NCBI GenBank assembly: GCA_963847705.1
Contig: CAWKBC010000035.1
Location: 49,366 to 113,365, forward strand
DNA length: 64,000 nt
From: an uncultured Pseudomonadota bacterium
GTDB taxonomy: Bacteria > Myxococcota_A > Polyangia > Fen-1088
Direction of reading: 5' to 3'
The notes below the pieces were generated by a model. The model ran no database searches. It saw nothing but the letters and a program-made list of their open reading frames with translations, and was not told where the DNA came from. Both the position numbers and the translations under genes were made by a program. Below are positions 1-9,994 of the stretch, one piece after another; the stretch's first letter is position 1, and each line of letters opens with the position of its first letter.

Positions 1-106
1 GGCCGCTGCCGTCTGCAAGGGGGTTGGTCGGCGACGGCAAGAGGCGGTAGATTCGCTCCGTCCCGAGACGAGAGCGCCGCGTGATCCGCCCAGACAAAAG
101 GTTCGT

Positions 107-1012
107 GTGACGTCGACCAGACCGTCCCGGCTGAAGGCAGCCCTGAAGGTGATCCGGCTGCACCAGTGGTCGAAGAACGCGCTGGTCGTGGTGCCCTTGC
201 TCCTGGCGCCGCACGGCCTGTCGTCGATCCAGGTGGCGCACGCGGCGCTGGCGGCGCTGGCGCTCAGCCTGTGCGCCTCCGCCGGCTACGTCTTCAACGA
301 CCTCATGGACGTGGCGGCCGATCGCGCCCATCCCACCAAGAACCGGCGGCCGTTCGCCTCCGGCGCGCTCCCGACCAGCTATGGTCCGCCGCTCATCCTC
401 GGGCTCCTGGCGGTCAGCGTGGCCATCTCGCTTTATGCCCTGCCGAAGTCGTTCTTCGCGATGCTGGTGCTCTACTTCGCTATCACGCTCAGCTACTCGT
501 TCTACCTGAAGAGCCTGCTGCTGATCGACGTCATCGTCCTGGCCTGGCTCTACACCCAGCGCGTGCTGGCGGGGGGATTCGCCACCGGCGTCTCCATCAG
601 CGCCTGGTTGCTGGCCTTCTCGATGTTCATCTTCCTGAGCCTGGCTTTTGCGAAACGCCACATCGAGCTGCGCCACGCCCTCGATGAGTCCGGGAAGCTG
701 CGCAGCCGCGGCTACTACGCGCAAGATCTGAGCATGGTCGTTTCGATGGGAACCACCGCCGGCTACCTGGCCGTGCTGGTGTTCTGCCTCTACATCGAGA
801 GCAGCGCGGGGAACGTCATCTATTCACAGCCGAGGATCCTCTGGCTGATCAGTCCGGTGTTGCTCTACTGGATCAGCCGCGTCTGGTTCCTGACCCATCG
901 CGGGGAGATGCACGACGACCCCGTGAAGTTCGCTCTCACCGACCGCCGGAGCTGGCTCTGCGCGCTGGCCGTGGGCGCCATCGCGATCGCCGCCCGCTTC
1001 TGGCCGGCGTAG
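107..1012 (+). CDS. UbiA-family prenyltransferase (decaprenyl-phosphate phosphoribosyltransferase-like)
   Basis: RLHQWSKN, YVFNDLMDVAADRAHPTKNRRPFASG and HDDPV motifs; multiple TM helices. Confidence 0.9.
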   Translation: MTSTRPSRLKAALKVIRLHQWSKNALVVVPLLLAPHGLSSIQVAHAALAALALSLCASAGYVFNDLMDVAADRAHPTKNRRPFASGALPTSYGPPLILGLLAVSVAISLYALPKSFFAMLVLYFAITLSYSFYLKSLLLIDVIVLAWLYTQRVLAGGFATGVSISAWLLAFSMFIFLSLAFAKRHIELRHALDESGKLRSRGYYAQDLSMVVSMGTTAGYLAVLVFCLYIESSAGNVIYSQPRILWLISPVLLYWISRVWFLTHRGEMHDDPVKFALTDRRSWLCALAVGAIAIAARFWPA

Positions 1013-1016
1013 AGTG

Positions 1017-1125
1017 TGGGACCCTGGGAGGGTCCCACGCCCCCCGCGATGGCTCGCGCGAGCAAAGCTCGCGGTCCCCCTGCGCGATCAGCTCGGGTCC
1101 CTCCGAGGGTCCCGCGCCCCCCGCG
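1017..1125 (+). repeat. Dispersed palindromic (REP-like) element, one full and one partial copy
   Basis: TGGGACCCT-GGG-AGGGTCCCA hairpin + CCCCCCGCGA + GAGC-AAA-GCTC hairpin; same architecture at 42014, 48302, 51954, 61382. Confidence 0.75.
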
Positions 1126-1126
1126 C

Positions 1127-2680
1127 TCAGGAGGTCGCGGCGCCGCGGAGCTTTCGCAATCCGGCGCGCCCCTTCATCACCAGGATGCGGGCGTCCGGGT
1201 CGATGAGAGCGATCAGCACGAGATAGACCGGGGGACCGACCAGCGCGCGGACGACGACCGTCAGCAGGTGGCGGTCCGGACAGAGATAGGCGAGCGCCGC
1301 GTACATCGCGCTGGCGGCGAGCGACGCGCGCGCCATCGTCGACCAGGGGAGCGTCACCGGCAGAAAGCGGCGGGCGGTGAACGCGAGCGCGCAGGAGGAG
1401 ACCGCGTAGCTCACCAGCGTGGCGATGGCCGCGCCCATGATCCCGATGCGCGGCACCAGAATGAGGTTGAGGATCAGGTTGAGAAGGGCCGAGCTGAACA
1501 CCACCGCCCCGATGTGCTTCGTCTTCCGGTGAATGAACAGCCCCGCGGCCACCATGGCGTTGGCCCCTTCGAGCACCATCCCGGCGATGACCCAGGGGAG
1601 GATGGCCGCCGCGCTGGCATATCGTTCGGAGGCCAGCGAGGGGAGCAGCTGCGGTCCCACCGAGGCGAGGCCGGCGATCACAGGGGCCCCGAAGAGGACG
1701 TAGGTCCGCAACGAGCGGCCGACGAACGCCGCTGTCTCCTCGGGTCCTTTCTGATCCCACATCTGGATGTAAAGCGGCATGACCGCCTGACCGACAGAGG
1801 CCACGAAGGTGGATTGCACGTAGGTGCAGAGGTTGTAGGCGGCCGAATAGAGGCCCAGGGCCGTGGCCCCGATCGCCCCGTGAATGACGTACCGGTCACC
1901 GACGGCCAGGATGATCCCCGACATCTCATACCCGATCATCATCGGGATCCCGAACCCCAGCAGCTCATAATAGAGCGGCCGGGAGAAATCGCCGCGGTCG
2001 ATGCGAATGCCGCCCTCGCGGCGGAAGAACACCGTCGCGAGGACGACGATCGCCAGCGCCTCCGTGGCCACCGTCGCCCAGTAGAACGCCATCAGGCTCC
2101 TGGAGATCACGAACAGCGTCAGCAGGACCAGGGTGAGGCCCAGGTACCTCTTGCCGACCTGGTACTTCATGAGCACCGTGGTCTCCTGGTCGGCGCGCAG
2201 AAAATTGAAGAGCACGCTCTCGAAGACCTGAATCACGATGACCAGCGCACCGACAGCGAACAGCCCTTTGAGACGCGGATCGCCCAGCCAACGGCCCGGA
2301 AGCAGCACGATCGCGACGATCAAGCTGAACGTGACGGCGAGCCCGCTGGCGGTCATCCCGAAGAAGGTCGTCGAATAGAGCTGCGCGGTGCTGAACCGCC
2401 CCTTGCCGGCGGTGATCTCGGAGCGGTACCGAATGATCGAGTGCTGAACACCGAACTTTCCCAGCGCCACCGAGACCGTCAGCGTCGCGGAGATCAGGTT
2501 CATCACGCCGTAGTCGGCCACGGTGAAGATCCGCGTCATGAGCGGAAAGGTGATGAGCCCCGCCGCCGTCGTCAGCAGGTTCGCCACGGAGTAGTGGGAC
2601 GCCTGAACGAACAGGCGTCTGATGGGAGACTGCGCCGCTTTCACGGCGGTCACTGGTGGCCAAGTTGGAGGGTCGGCCAT
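1127..2680 (-). CDS. Wzx/MOP-family polysaccharide flippase
   Basis: About 14 hydrophobic segments, FPLMTRIFTVADYG, DRYVI..GLYSAAY motifs; start uncertain. Confidence 0.85.
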   Translation of the reverse strand: MADPPTWPPVTAVKAAQSPIRRLFVQASHYSVANLLTTAAGLITFPLMTRIFTVADYGVMNLISATLTVSVALGKFGVQHSIIRYRSEITAGKGRFSTAQLYSTTFFGMTASGLAVTFSLIVAIVLLPGRWLGDPRLKGLFAVGALVIVIQVFESVLFNFLRADQETTVLMKYQVGKRYLGLTLVLLTLFVISRSLMAFYWATVATEALAIVVLATVFFRREGGIRIDRGDFSRPLYYELLGFGIPMMIGYEMSGIILAVGDRYVIHGAIGATALGLYSAAYNLCTYVQSTFVASVGQAVMPLYIQMWDQKGPEETAAFVGRSLRTYVLFGAPVIAGLASVGPQLLPSLASERYASAAAILPWVIAGMVLEGANAMVAAGLFIHRKTKHIGAVVFSSALLNLILNLILVPRIGIMGAAIATLVSYAVSSCALAFTARRFLPVTLPWSTMARASLAASAMYAALAYLCPDRHLLTVVVRALVGPPVYLVLIALIDPDARILVMKGRAGLRKLRGAATS

Positions 2681-2841
2681 CCCCACGGATCGATCATGGG
2701 AATGACGACGCTGGAGAGCGGCGCACGCACGTGGCCAGGGCACAATAGCAGACAAACGGGCGGCTCCCGCCGAACCTGAGGCGTGGGCGCTGAGCTTCTC
2801 GTCCTTATCTTTGCCGCATGCCCGTCGTGAATCCGGCCGGA

Positions 2842-3963
2842 ATGAGCAACAAGCCCGCCGAGCGCCCCGGCGGGCCTCCGGCGGCCCTGGAGAGCCTGGC
2901 ACCCGTGTCCGGTGGCCGGGGCCGGTTCGCGGCGCTGGCCAGATCGATCGTCGACCTGGCGGCCGTGGCCTATCTGCTCGCGCTGCTGACGGTGGTGGCC
3001 GCGCTTCGGCTGATCGGAGAGCGCTGGTGGGTCACGACGATTGCCCTCTACCTCCCCCGGATCGGCTTCGCGCTGCCGCTGCCGCTCTTGCTCGTGGCGC
3101 TCTCGCTCGCGCGCTCCTACCGGCTGCTGGCCACCCAGCTCGTGGCGGCGTTCGTCCTTCTCTTTCCGCTGATGGGCCTGCACCTGGGCGGGGCGCCCGC
3201 CCACACGCCCGGGGCGTTGCGTTTTCGCCTGTTCACCCTGAACACCGGTCTGGGAAAGAACGGCACCGGTGAGATCCTCGATCGCATTCAGGGCGCCAAC
3301 CCCGACCTGATCGCGCTCGAGGAGGTGGCCGACGACGAGGTGGAGGCACTCCGCCTGGGCTTGCCAGGCTATGCCTTCCGGCACCTCGACCAGTTCGTGG
3401 TCGCCAGCCGATTTCCCATCGAGGAGGAGGCGGTGCCCCCGCCGATCCGGAGCGATGGCCGGACAGAGTCGGCCCAGTACACGTCCTGGCGGCTGATCAC
3501 ACCTGCCGGACCGATCCGCCTCTTCGCGGTCCATCCCGTCTCGCCCCACGACGCCTTCAATCAGCTGCGCGGCCGAGGGCTCCGATACGAGCTCCTGGGC
3601 GGCGGGATCCTCGGGTCTGCCTCCGCCCGGGCGATGGAGGCGAACACCGAGGAGCGGCTCGAGCAGGTCCGGGCGCTGGCGGCCGCCGCCGCGACGCCCG
3701 CCGAGCCCGTGATCATCGCCGGTGACACCAACCTGCCCGGTCTGAGCTGGGCCTTCTCGCACTGGTTGGGCGGGTTCAGCGACGGCTTCGCCGAGGTGGG
3801 ACGCGGATTCGGCTACAGCTACCCGGCGCAGAGAATGGCCTGGATGCGCATCGACCGCATCCTGGCCGGGCCGCGCTTCCGCTTCCTCCACGTCGCGCCG
3901 ATCTCGCCCCGCGTCTCCGATCACCTGGCGGTCGCCGCCGACCTCGAGCTCTTGCCGGACTAA
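2842..3963 (+). CDS. Membrane-anchored endonuclease/exonuclease/phosphatase (EEP) family protein
   Basis: N-terminal TMs; TLN, DLIALEE, IIAGDTN, RIDRIL, SDH motifs. Confidence 0.9.
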   Translation: MSNKPAERPGGPPAALESLAPVSGGRGRFAALARSIVDLAAVAYLLALLTVVAALRLIGERWWVTTIALYLPRIGFALPLPLLLVALSLARSYRLLATQLVAAFVLLFPLMGLHLGGAPAHTPGALRFRLFTLNTGLGKNGTGEILDRIQGANPDLIALEEVADDEVEALRLGLPGYAFRHLDQFVVASRFPIEEEAVPPPIRSDGRTESAQYTSWRLITPAGPIRLFAVHPVSPHDAFNQLRGRGLRYELLGGGILGSASARAMEANTEERLEQVRALAAAAATPAEPVIIAGDTNLPGLSWAFSHWLGGFSDGFAEVGRGFGYSYPAQRMAWMRIDRILAGPRFRFLHVAPISPRVSDHLAVAADLELLPD

Positions 3964-4784
3964 GCCAGCTCGAAGCGGAGCAGGACGTTGCCGATTCGCA
4001 TGACGTCGCCTGGAACGAGGAGGTGATCGTCGCGCAACCGCACGAACGTTCCGTTCGAGCTCCCCAGGTCTTCCAGCCGCACGTCGGAGCCCTGCAGCGA
4101 GAGGTGGGCGTGCCTGCGCGACATGAACTGGTCGTCGGAGAAAACGATGTCCCCCTGTTCACGCCCGATCACCACCCGATCGCGGCTGAGATGGAACACG
4201 TCGTGGGCCACGCCGGTGGGCCCAACCTGCCGCAGCCGCGCCCAGGAAGGGCGGCAGTTCGTTCCGAACTGTACGACGTTGTGTTGAACCGCGGGGCGAA
4301 GGTCCTTCTCGAAGTCGGGAATCAGCTGGAACTCCAGCACCTGCCGGCCGACCAGGATCAGATCGCCGTCTCGCAGCAGTGCGCCGGCACGCAGTCGGAT
4401 GTAGATGCCGTTCTTGCTTTGCAGGTCGCTCAGCACCTGGCCCGTCGGGGCCGACACGATGCGCGCATGCCGCGGCGACAGATAGGCATCCTCGAACAGG
4501 AGGTCGCCCTCGGTTCGCCCGATGTCGATCTGATTGCCGCGCAGGACGTAGCTGGCGCCGTCCGTGCCGTCGTGGTGCACGAAGATCAGGCGAAAGCCGC
4601 CCGGTGCCAGCGGCCGTTCGGCCATCCGGTGCGCCGCCAGGTGGTCCAACGCCGCGCGCAGCCTGGCCGCGCTGGCGTCCCCGTTCTGATCACGCCGCGG
4701 AGCGCCGGTGGCCAGGCGCGTCCCGCAAGCGAGGCAAAAGGACGCCTCCTCGGGGTTTTGCGTTCCGCACTGGCCACAGATCAT
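3960..4784 (-). CDS. Zinc-ribbon + tandem FHA domain protein
   Basis: CxxC..CxxC N-terminus; two FHA motifs (IGR..S(P/R)RHA..DL.S.NG). Confidence 0.9.
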   Translation of the reverse strand: MICGQCGTQNPEEASFCLACGTRLATGAPRRDQNGDASAARLRAALDHLAAHRMAERPLAPGGFRLIFVHHDGTDGASYVLRGNQIDIGRTEGDLLFEDAYLSPRHARIVSAPTGQVLSDLQSKNGIYIRLRAGALLRDGDLILVGRQVLEFQLIPDFEKDLRPAVQHNVVQFGTNCRPSWARLRQVGPTGVAHDVFHLSRDRVVIGREQGDIVFSDDQFMSRRHAHLSLQGSDVRLEDLGSSNGTFVRLRDDHLLVPGDVMRIGNVLLRFELA

Positions 4785-4867
4785 CGCGCAATCCGTATGT
4801 AACCGCGACGATGTGGTCGGTCAAATGCCGGCCGCGCCGTCGTCTCTGGTAGTTTCGCGCCGAAGAC

Positions 4868-6028
4868 ATGATCCCGGTCGGTTCAAACGAGCGGCTGGCG
4901 CTGTTTCTTCCCACCCTCGACGACGGCGGAGCGGAACGGGTGATGTTGCAGCTCGCGGCCTCCTTCTCGGCGCGCGGTCGCGCGGTCGACCTGGTGGTCG
5001 CCGTCCCGGGAGGCCCGCTCGAGGCGCAGGTTCCGCCGGGACCCCGTGTCGTGAGCCTGGGCGCGTCCCGCACCGTCCTGGCTCTCCCGGCGCTGATTCG
5101 TTACCTGCGGGGGGAGCGTCCGGCGGCGCTCCTGTCGACGCTCGAGCACGCCAACGTCCTCGCCGTCGGCGCCGGCGCGCTCGCTGGCGCCGGGGTTCCG
5201 ATCGTCCTGCGGGAGGCCAACGTGCTGTTGCCGCGCGCCAGGCTCGGGCGGCAGGCGCGCCTGCTGCGTGGCCTCATGCGGCGGGCGTACCGAATGGCGG
5301 ACCGAATCGTCGCGGTCTCGAGAAGCGTCGCCACCAGCTTGACCGCGGAGCTCGAGCTCGACGCGGGGCGCATCCGCACCATCTACAACCCCATCGTGAC
5401 CGCCGTGCTGCACGAGAAGGCGAAGGCGCCCCTCGACGATCCCTGGTTCGCGCCCGGTGCCCCCCCCGTCGTGCTCGGCGTCGGGCGGTTGGCTCCCCAG
5501 AAGGACTTCTCGACGCTGATCCGTGCCTTCGCCCAGCTCCGCGCCGGACGCCGGGCGCGACTGGTGATTCTGGGCGAGGGCCCCCAGCGCCGCCCCCTCG
5601 AAGAGCTGACCCGCCAGCTCGGCGTCGCCGCCGACGTCAAGCTCCCCGGCCACGACCACAACCCATTTCGTTACATGGCGCGCGCGTCGGTCTTCGCGCT
5701 GTCGTCCCTCTACGAGGGTCTCCCCGGCGCGCTGATCCAGGCGATGGCTTGCGGCTGCCGTGTCATCAGCACCGATGGCCCCGGCGGCGCGCGCGAGGTC
5801 CTCGAGGATGGCGAGAGTGGCGGCGACGGCAGGCGTGGCGAGAACAGAACGGCCGGTCCGCTGGTCCCGCCGGGTGATCCCGCCGCGCTGGCGCGCGGCC
5901 TCTCCGCCTTGCTCGACGACGCAGGCACCGGTCCGGCGCGCGTCCCTCATCGGGTGGACCGCTTCTCGGAGAGGGCCGCCGTCGACGCCTATCTCGACGT
6001 CCTCGGCGCCGACCGCGGCTCCTCCTGA
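4868..6028 (+). CDS. GT4-family glycosyltransferase
   Basis: GGAERV, GRLAPQKDF, EGLPGALIQAMACG motifs. Confidence 0.92.
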   Translation: MIPVGSNERLALFLPTLDDGGAERVMLQLAASFSARGRAVDLVVAVPGGPLEAQVPPGPRVVSLGASRTVLALPALIRYLRGERPAALLSTLEHANVLAVGAGALAGAGVPIVLREANVLLPRARLGRQARLLRGLMRRAYRMADRIVAVSRSVATSLTAELELDAGRIRTIYNPIVTAVLHEKAKAPLDDPWFAPGAPPVVLGVGRLAPQKDFSTLIRAFAQLRAGRRARLVILGEGPQRRPLEELTRQLGVAADVKLPGHDHNPFRYMARASVFALSSLYEGLPGALIQAMACGCRVISTDGPGGAREVLEDGESGGDGRRGENRTAGPLVPPGDPAALARGLSALLDDAGTGPARVPHRVDRFSERAAVDAYLDVLGADRGSS

Positions 6029-6102
6029 CGAGAGGCCGGGCTCAGCCGCCGCGTCCATCGAGGGCGAGGGACCGGCGCCATCCGAATGAGGACACACCGG
6101 CG

Positions 6103-7191
6103 GTGATTACCTTTACGGACGTGGTGGTGGACGGGGCGGCAAGGCGCACGGCGCAGATGGTGGTGACGGGCGCGGCGACGGCGCTCATCATCGCCGTCGC
6201 CTTCCCGCTGTGGCGGCCGTTGCTGGTCGCCACGGTGCTGGCGGGCACACTTTCGCCCCTCTACGAATCCGCGGTGCGGCGCCTGGGCGGCCGGCGGTCC
6301 TTCGGGGCGGCGCTGTTTACGGCGGCCACTGTCATCCTGATCCTGATTCCGGTCGCGCTGCTCGCGACCATCGCCGTCCGCGAGGCAGCGCAGGTGGTCG
6401 GGCTCGCTCGCGACATCATCGCCTCCGAGGGGATCACGGGGCTGATCGCCAGAGCGCCCGATCCGATCGAGGGCTGGTTGCATCGCCTGGTGAAGTTGCT
6501 TCCGGGCGGGATCGATCGGGCGCAGTCGCCGTTCGCCGCCGGCGGGCGCTGGGCCCTGGGGGCGCTGTCGGGGGCGCTGGCGGTGCTGGCCCTGTTCGGC
6601 CTCCGGTTCTTGCTGATGTTGATCGCGCTCTTCTTCCTGTTGCGTGACGGCCCCGCGCTCGTCGACTGGTTCATCGGCGCGACACCGCTCGCACCCGAGC
6701 GCGTGCGCGCGATGATGCGGGAGTTTCGGGTCGTCGCCCGCTCCGTGGTGGGCGCCAACTTCATCACCGCGGCGGCGCAGGCCGCCGTCGCCACGATCGG
6801 ATTCGCCATCGGCCGCGCTCCCAGCCCGATCTTCTTCGGGCTGCTCTGCCTCTTCTCGTCGCTGATTCCCTCGGTGGGGACCACGCTGGTGACGCTCCCC
6901 GTGGCCGGGCTGGTGCTGCTGCTCGGTCACCCCTGGTCGGCTCTCTTCCTGGCGGTGTGGGGGGCGGTGGTCGTTGGCCTGATCGACAACCTCCTGCGGC
7001 CGATGCTCATCCGAGGCGAGGACCAGCACAGCGCGCTGGTCTTCTTCTCTCTCATCGGCGCCATCAGCGCCTTCGGCGCCGCAGGCCTGTTCCTCGGACC
7101 GCTGGCGCTGGCCTTCTTTCTGGCCGTCGTTCGCACCAGGCGGCGGGAGCGGGAGACGCCTGCCTCGGGGGGGCTGCGGCTGGACGGCTAG
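6103..7191 (+). CDS. AI-2E family transporter
   Basis: FFLLRDG, IPSVGT, DNLLRP, GLFLGP motifs; multi-TM. Confidence 0.9.
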   Translation: MITFTDVVVDGAARRTAQMVVTGAATALIIAVAFPLWRPLLVATVLAGTLSPLYESAVRRLGGRRSFGAALFTAATVILILIPVALLATIAVREAAQVVGLARDIIASEGITGLIARAPDPIEGWLHRLVKLLPGGIDRAQSPFAAGGRWALGALSGALAVLALFGLRFLLMLIALFFLLRDGPALVDWFIGATPLAPERVRAMMREFRVVARSVVGANFITAAAQAAVATIGFAIGRAPSPIFFGLLCLFSSLIPSVGTTLVTLPVAGLVLLLGHPWSALFLAVWGAVVVGLIDNLLRPMLIRGEDQHSALVFFSLIGAISAFGAAGLFLGPLALAFFLAVVRTRRRERETPASGGLRLDG

Positions 7192-7192
7192 G

Positions 7193-7822
7193 TCAGCTGC
7201 CGGCGCCCTTGCGCAAGTCCACGGCCACCGGCTCGGCGTAGGTGAGCACCACCGTGTCGCCGGGGGCGAGCGACCGCAGCTGCCGGCGCCCCGCCGGATC
7301 GCGCACCAGCAGGGTCTGCGGCAGCCCGTCCGGGGTGATGATCTGAAGCGCCCCTCCGTTCTTGTCGACCGCCGTCACGCGCGCCGCCGTGGTGATCGGC
7401 GGCGCGCCCACGGCGCCAAGGGCTGGAGCGCTGGCCCGGGTGGGCGTCTCTGGCGCTTCATCGGCGGGAGCATTGGTGGGACCAAAAGAAAGAACGGTTG
7501 ACGGGTAATAGTCGAGCTCGACCTGATCGCCCTTCTCGAGCTTGTCGAACCCCTCGACGGTCGGGGCGACCCTGACCGTCATTTGAGAACCGTCCTGGCC
7601 TTGCACGACCATCGATCGATTCGACCGGTCAATCCTTTCGACCGAGAAGGAAGCCGTGGTGGCCTCGCTCGCCGACGGTCCGTCGACCGACGACGGTTGT
7701 AGCGTTGCGGTCGCCGCACTGTCAGCGCCGGTGTAGGCATCGGCCGCGACCGGAAAACCGATCCCCAAACTCAACAGCGCCGCCATCACACCGGCTCCGC
7801 TCATGTGAGCCTCCGTTGTCAA
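7193..7822 (-). CDS. Exported hypothetical protein with duplicated OB-fold-like repeats
   Basis: Signal peptide; two repeats ending LEKGDQVELDY and LAPGDTVVLTY. Confidence 0.7.
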   Translation of the reverse strand: MTTEAHMSGAGVMAALLSLGIGFPVAADAYTGADSAATATLQPSSVDGPSASEATTASFSVERIDRSNRSMVVQGQDGSQMTVRVAPTVEGFDKLEKGDQVELDYYPSTVLSFGPTNAPADEAPETPTRASAPALGAVGAPPITTAARVTAVDKNGGALQIITPDGLPQTLLVRDPAGRRQLRSLAPGDTVVLTYAEPVAVDLRKGAGS

Positions 7823-7904
7823 TATGCTGGCCGGATGGTTTTCGGCAAGCAGAGGCGCGTGGTCGTCGTCACGACGGCGCGGCGGCGGATCGACCGCTCA
7901 CGGA

Positions 7905-9740
7905 TCAGTGGAAGGCGGCGGCGCCGTGGCCGAGCATCGGCTCGTCCAGCGAGCGCTTTTGCGACGCGCTCTCGATGATGCGCGCGGTGAGGATCAGCGC
8001 CAGGTGCGAGAACGCCTGGGGGAAGTTGCTGATCAGGCGCTGCAGCTTGGGGTCGTACTCCTCGGAGAGCAGCCCCAGGTGGTTGCGCAGGGAAAGCAGG
8101 CGCTCGAACAGCTCCTCGGCCTCGGCGATCCGCCCGGCGAAGGCGTAGTTGTCGGCGAGCCAGAAGCTGCAGGCCAGAAAGGCCCCCTCCGTCCCCGGCA
8201 GCCCGTCGGTTCCGTGCTCGGTCCCGTAGCGGAGCACGAACCCGTCCCGGAGCAGCTCCTTCTCGATGGCGGCCACGGTCCCTCGCATGCGGGGATCGGT
8301 GCCGGGGAGAAACCCGTAGTGCGGAATCACCAGCACGCTGGCGTCGAGCGCCTCCGCGCCATACGACTGGGTGAAGGCGCCGACGCGCGGGTTGAAGCCA
8401 CGCTCGCAGACCTCGGCGTGGATCCGCTCCCGCAGCGCGCTCAGGTGAGCCAGCATCTTCTTGCCCTCGTCGCCGCCCAGCCCGAACTCGGCGATGGCCT
8501 TGACCAGGCGATCGAAGGCGACCCAGGCCATGACCTTGGAGTGCGTGAAGTGCCGGCGCCCGCCGCGCACCTCCCAGATGCCATCGTCGGGTTTCTGCCA
8601 GGCCTCCTCGAGGAAGGCGATCAGGTCCTTGGTGGCGCGCCACCCCGCCTCGGTCCCCTTCATTCCCATCCGGTACGCCGCGTAGATGGAGGCCATGACC
8701 TCGCCATAGACGTCGAGCTGGAACTGGCCCGAGGCCGCGTTGCCCACGCGGACCGGCTTCGAGCCCTCATACCCGGGCAACCAATCGAGCTCGAACTCGG
8801 TGAGGCGCCGCGCGCCGGAGATGCTGTACATGATCTGCAGGTCGGCCGGATCGCCCGCCACGGCGCGCAGCAGCCAGTCGCGGAAGGCCCGCGCCTCGTC
8901 GAGGTAGCCGCCGATCAAGAAGGCGTCGAGCGTGAGGCTGGCGTCGCGCAACCAGCAGAAGCGATAGTCCCAGTTGCGGACGCCGCCGATCGACTCCGGC
9001 AGCGAGCTGGTCGGCGCCGCCACGATCCCACCCGTGGGCGCGAAGGTCATCGCCTTGAGCGTGATCAGCGACCGCAGCACGGCATCGCGCCAGCGCCCTT
9101 CGTAGGTGCAGCGTGCCGCCCAGGTCTGCCAGTACGACTCCGTGGCCGCCAGCGCCTTGTCGACGTCGAGACCTTGCGGGGGGCCCTCGTGCGAAGGGAA
9201 CCAGGTCAGCTGCAGCGGGATGCGGTCCCCCTTCTTGACGTTCAGATAGGCTGACACGCGTTTGCCCTCGAACTGAAGGGGCGCCGGGCCCCGCAAGACC
9301 AGGGCGTCCGGCCCCGCCATGAAGCAGGTGCCCCCGTCGGGCGTCTTGTCGATGAGGGGCGCGTCGGCGCCGAACCCGAAGCGGACGTTCAGCAGCATCT
9401 CGATCGGCACCTCGCCCTCGAGCCCTTCGATGATCCGGACGACATCACACCGGCCGGTCCCCGTCGGCATGAAATCGATGAGGCGGGCCGCGCCGCCGTC
9501 GCAGGCGAACTCGGTCTCCAGGATCAGCGTCTCGTCCCGGTACCGCTGGCGCGTCTCGCGGATGCGCACCGTGGGCCGGATACCCCAGCGGCCGTGCTCG
9601 TCGTACCCGACGAGCGCCGTGAAGCAGGCGTCCGAGTCGAAGCGCGGCGCGCACAGCCAGTCGATCGACCCGCTGCGCGAGACCAGCGCGGTGGTGAGGG
9701 TGTTCCCGATCAACCCGTAGTCCTCGATTTTTGATGCCAC
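7905..9740 (-). CDS. Glycoside hydrolase family 15 (trehalase/glucoamylase-like)
   Basis: IEDYGLIGN, RNWDYRFCWLRDA, DDGIWEVRG, LLSEE..NFPQAFSH; GTG start with GGAGG RBS. Confidence 0.95.
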   Translation of the reverse strand: MASKIEDYGLIGNTLTTALVSRSGSIDWLCAPRFDSDACFTALVGYDEHGRWGIRPTVRIRETRQRYRDETLILETEFACDGGAARLIDFMPTGTGRCDVVRIIEGLEGEVPIEMLLNVRFGFGADAPLIDKTPDGGTCFMAGPDALVLRGPAPLQFEGKRVSAYLNVKKGDRIPLQLTWFPSHEGPPQGLDVDKALAATESYWQTWAARCTYEGRWRDAVLRSLITLKAMTFAPTGGIVAAPTSSLPESIGGVRNWDYRFCWLRDASLTLDAFLIGGYLDEARAFRDWLLRAVAGDPADLQIMYSISGARRLTEFELDWLPGYEGSKPVRVGNAASGQFQLDVYGEVMASIYAAYRMGMKGTEAGWRATKDLIAFLEEAWQKPDDGIWEVRGGRRHFTHSKVMAWVAFDRLVKAIAEFGLGGDEGKKMLAHLSALRERIHAEVCERGFNPRVGAFTQSYGAEALDASVLVIPHYGFLPGTDPRMRGTVAAIEKELLRDGFVLRYGTEHGTDGLPGTEGAFLACSFWLADNYAFAGRIAEAEELFERLLSLRNHLGLLSEEYDPKLQRLISNFPQAFSHLALILTARIIESASQKRSLDEPMLGHGAAAFH

Positions 9741-9994
9741 GTTCCCCTCCTTGCAGCCTCCGGAGAGCTGCGAAAACGAAGCGCGAGCGGACGAATCACA
9801 CGCTCGTGCACCGGCAACCAATCAAGAACCTAAGTCACACGGAGGGGCGGGCAATCGATTCGACCGCTGCCTGAGTCAAGCTGGGCCGCCGGTTCGTTGC
9901 GCCGAATCAGCGCTTCCGTGGCGATCGTAAGCCGCTCGCTCAACTCGCGCGCTGCCCCGCTGCTGGGCGCGACGGCGGCCTCATATTTCCGTTC

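Noticed and set aside
1016-2779. Long shadow ORFs (e.g. 1016-2779 +, 7824-9254 +, 23144-24625 +, 40241-42298 -, 52074-53786 -)
   Set aside because: Antisense or off-frame to well-supported genes, Arg/Gly/Pro-rich, typical of high-GC DNA
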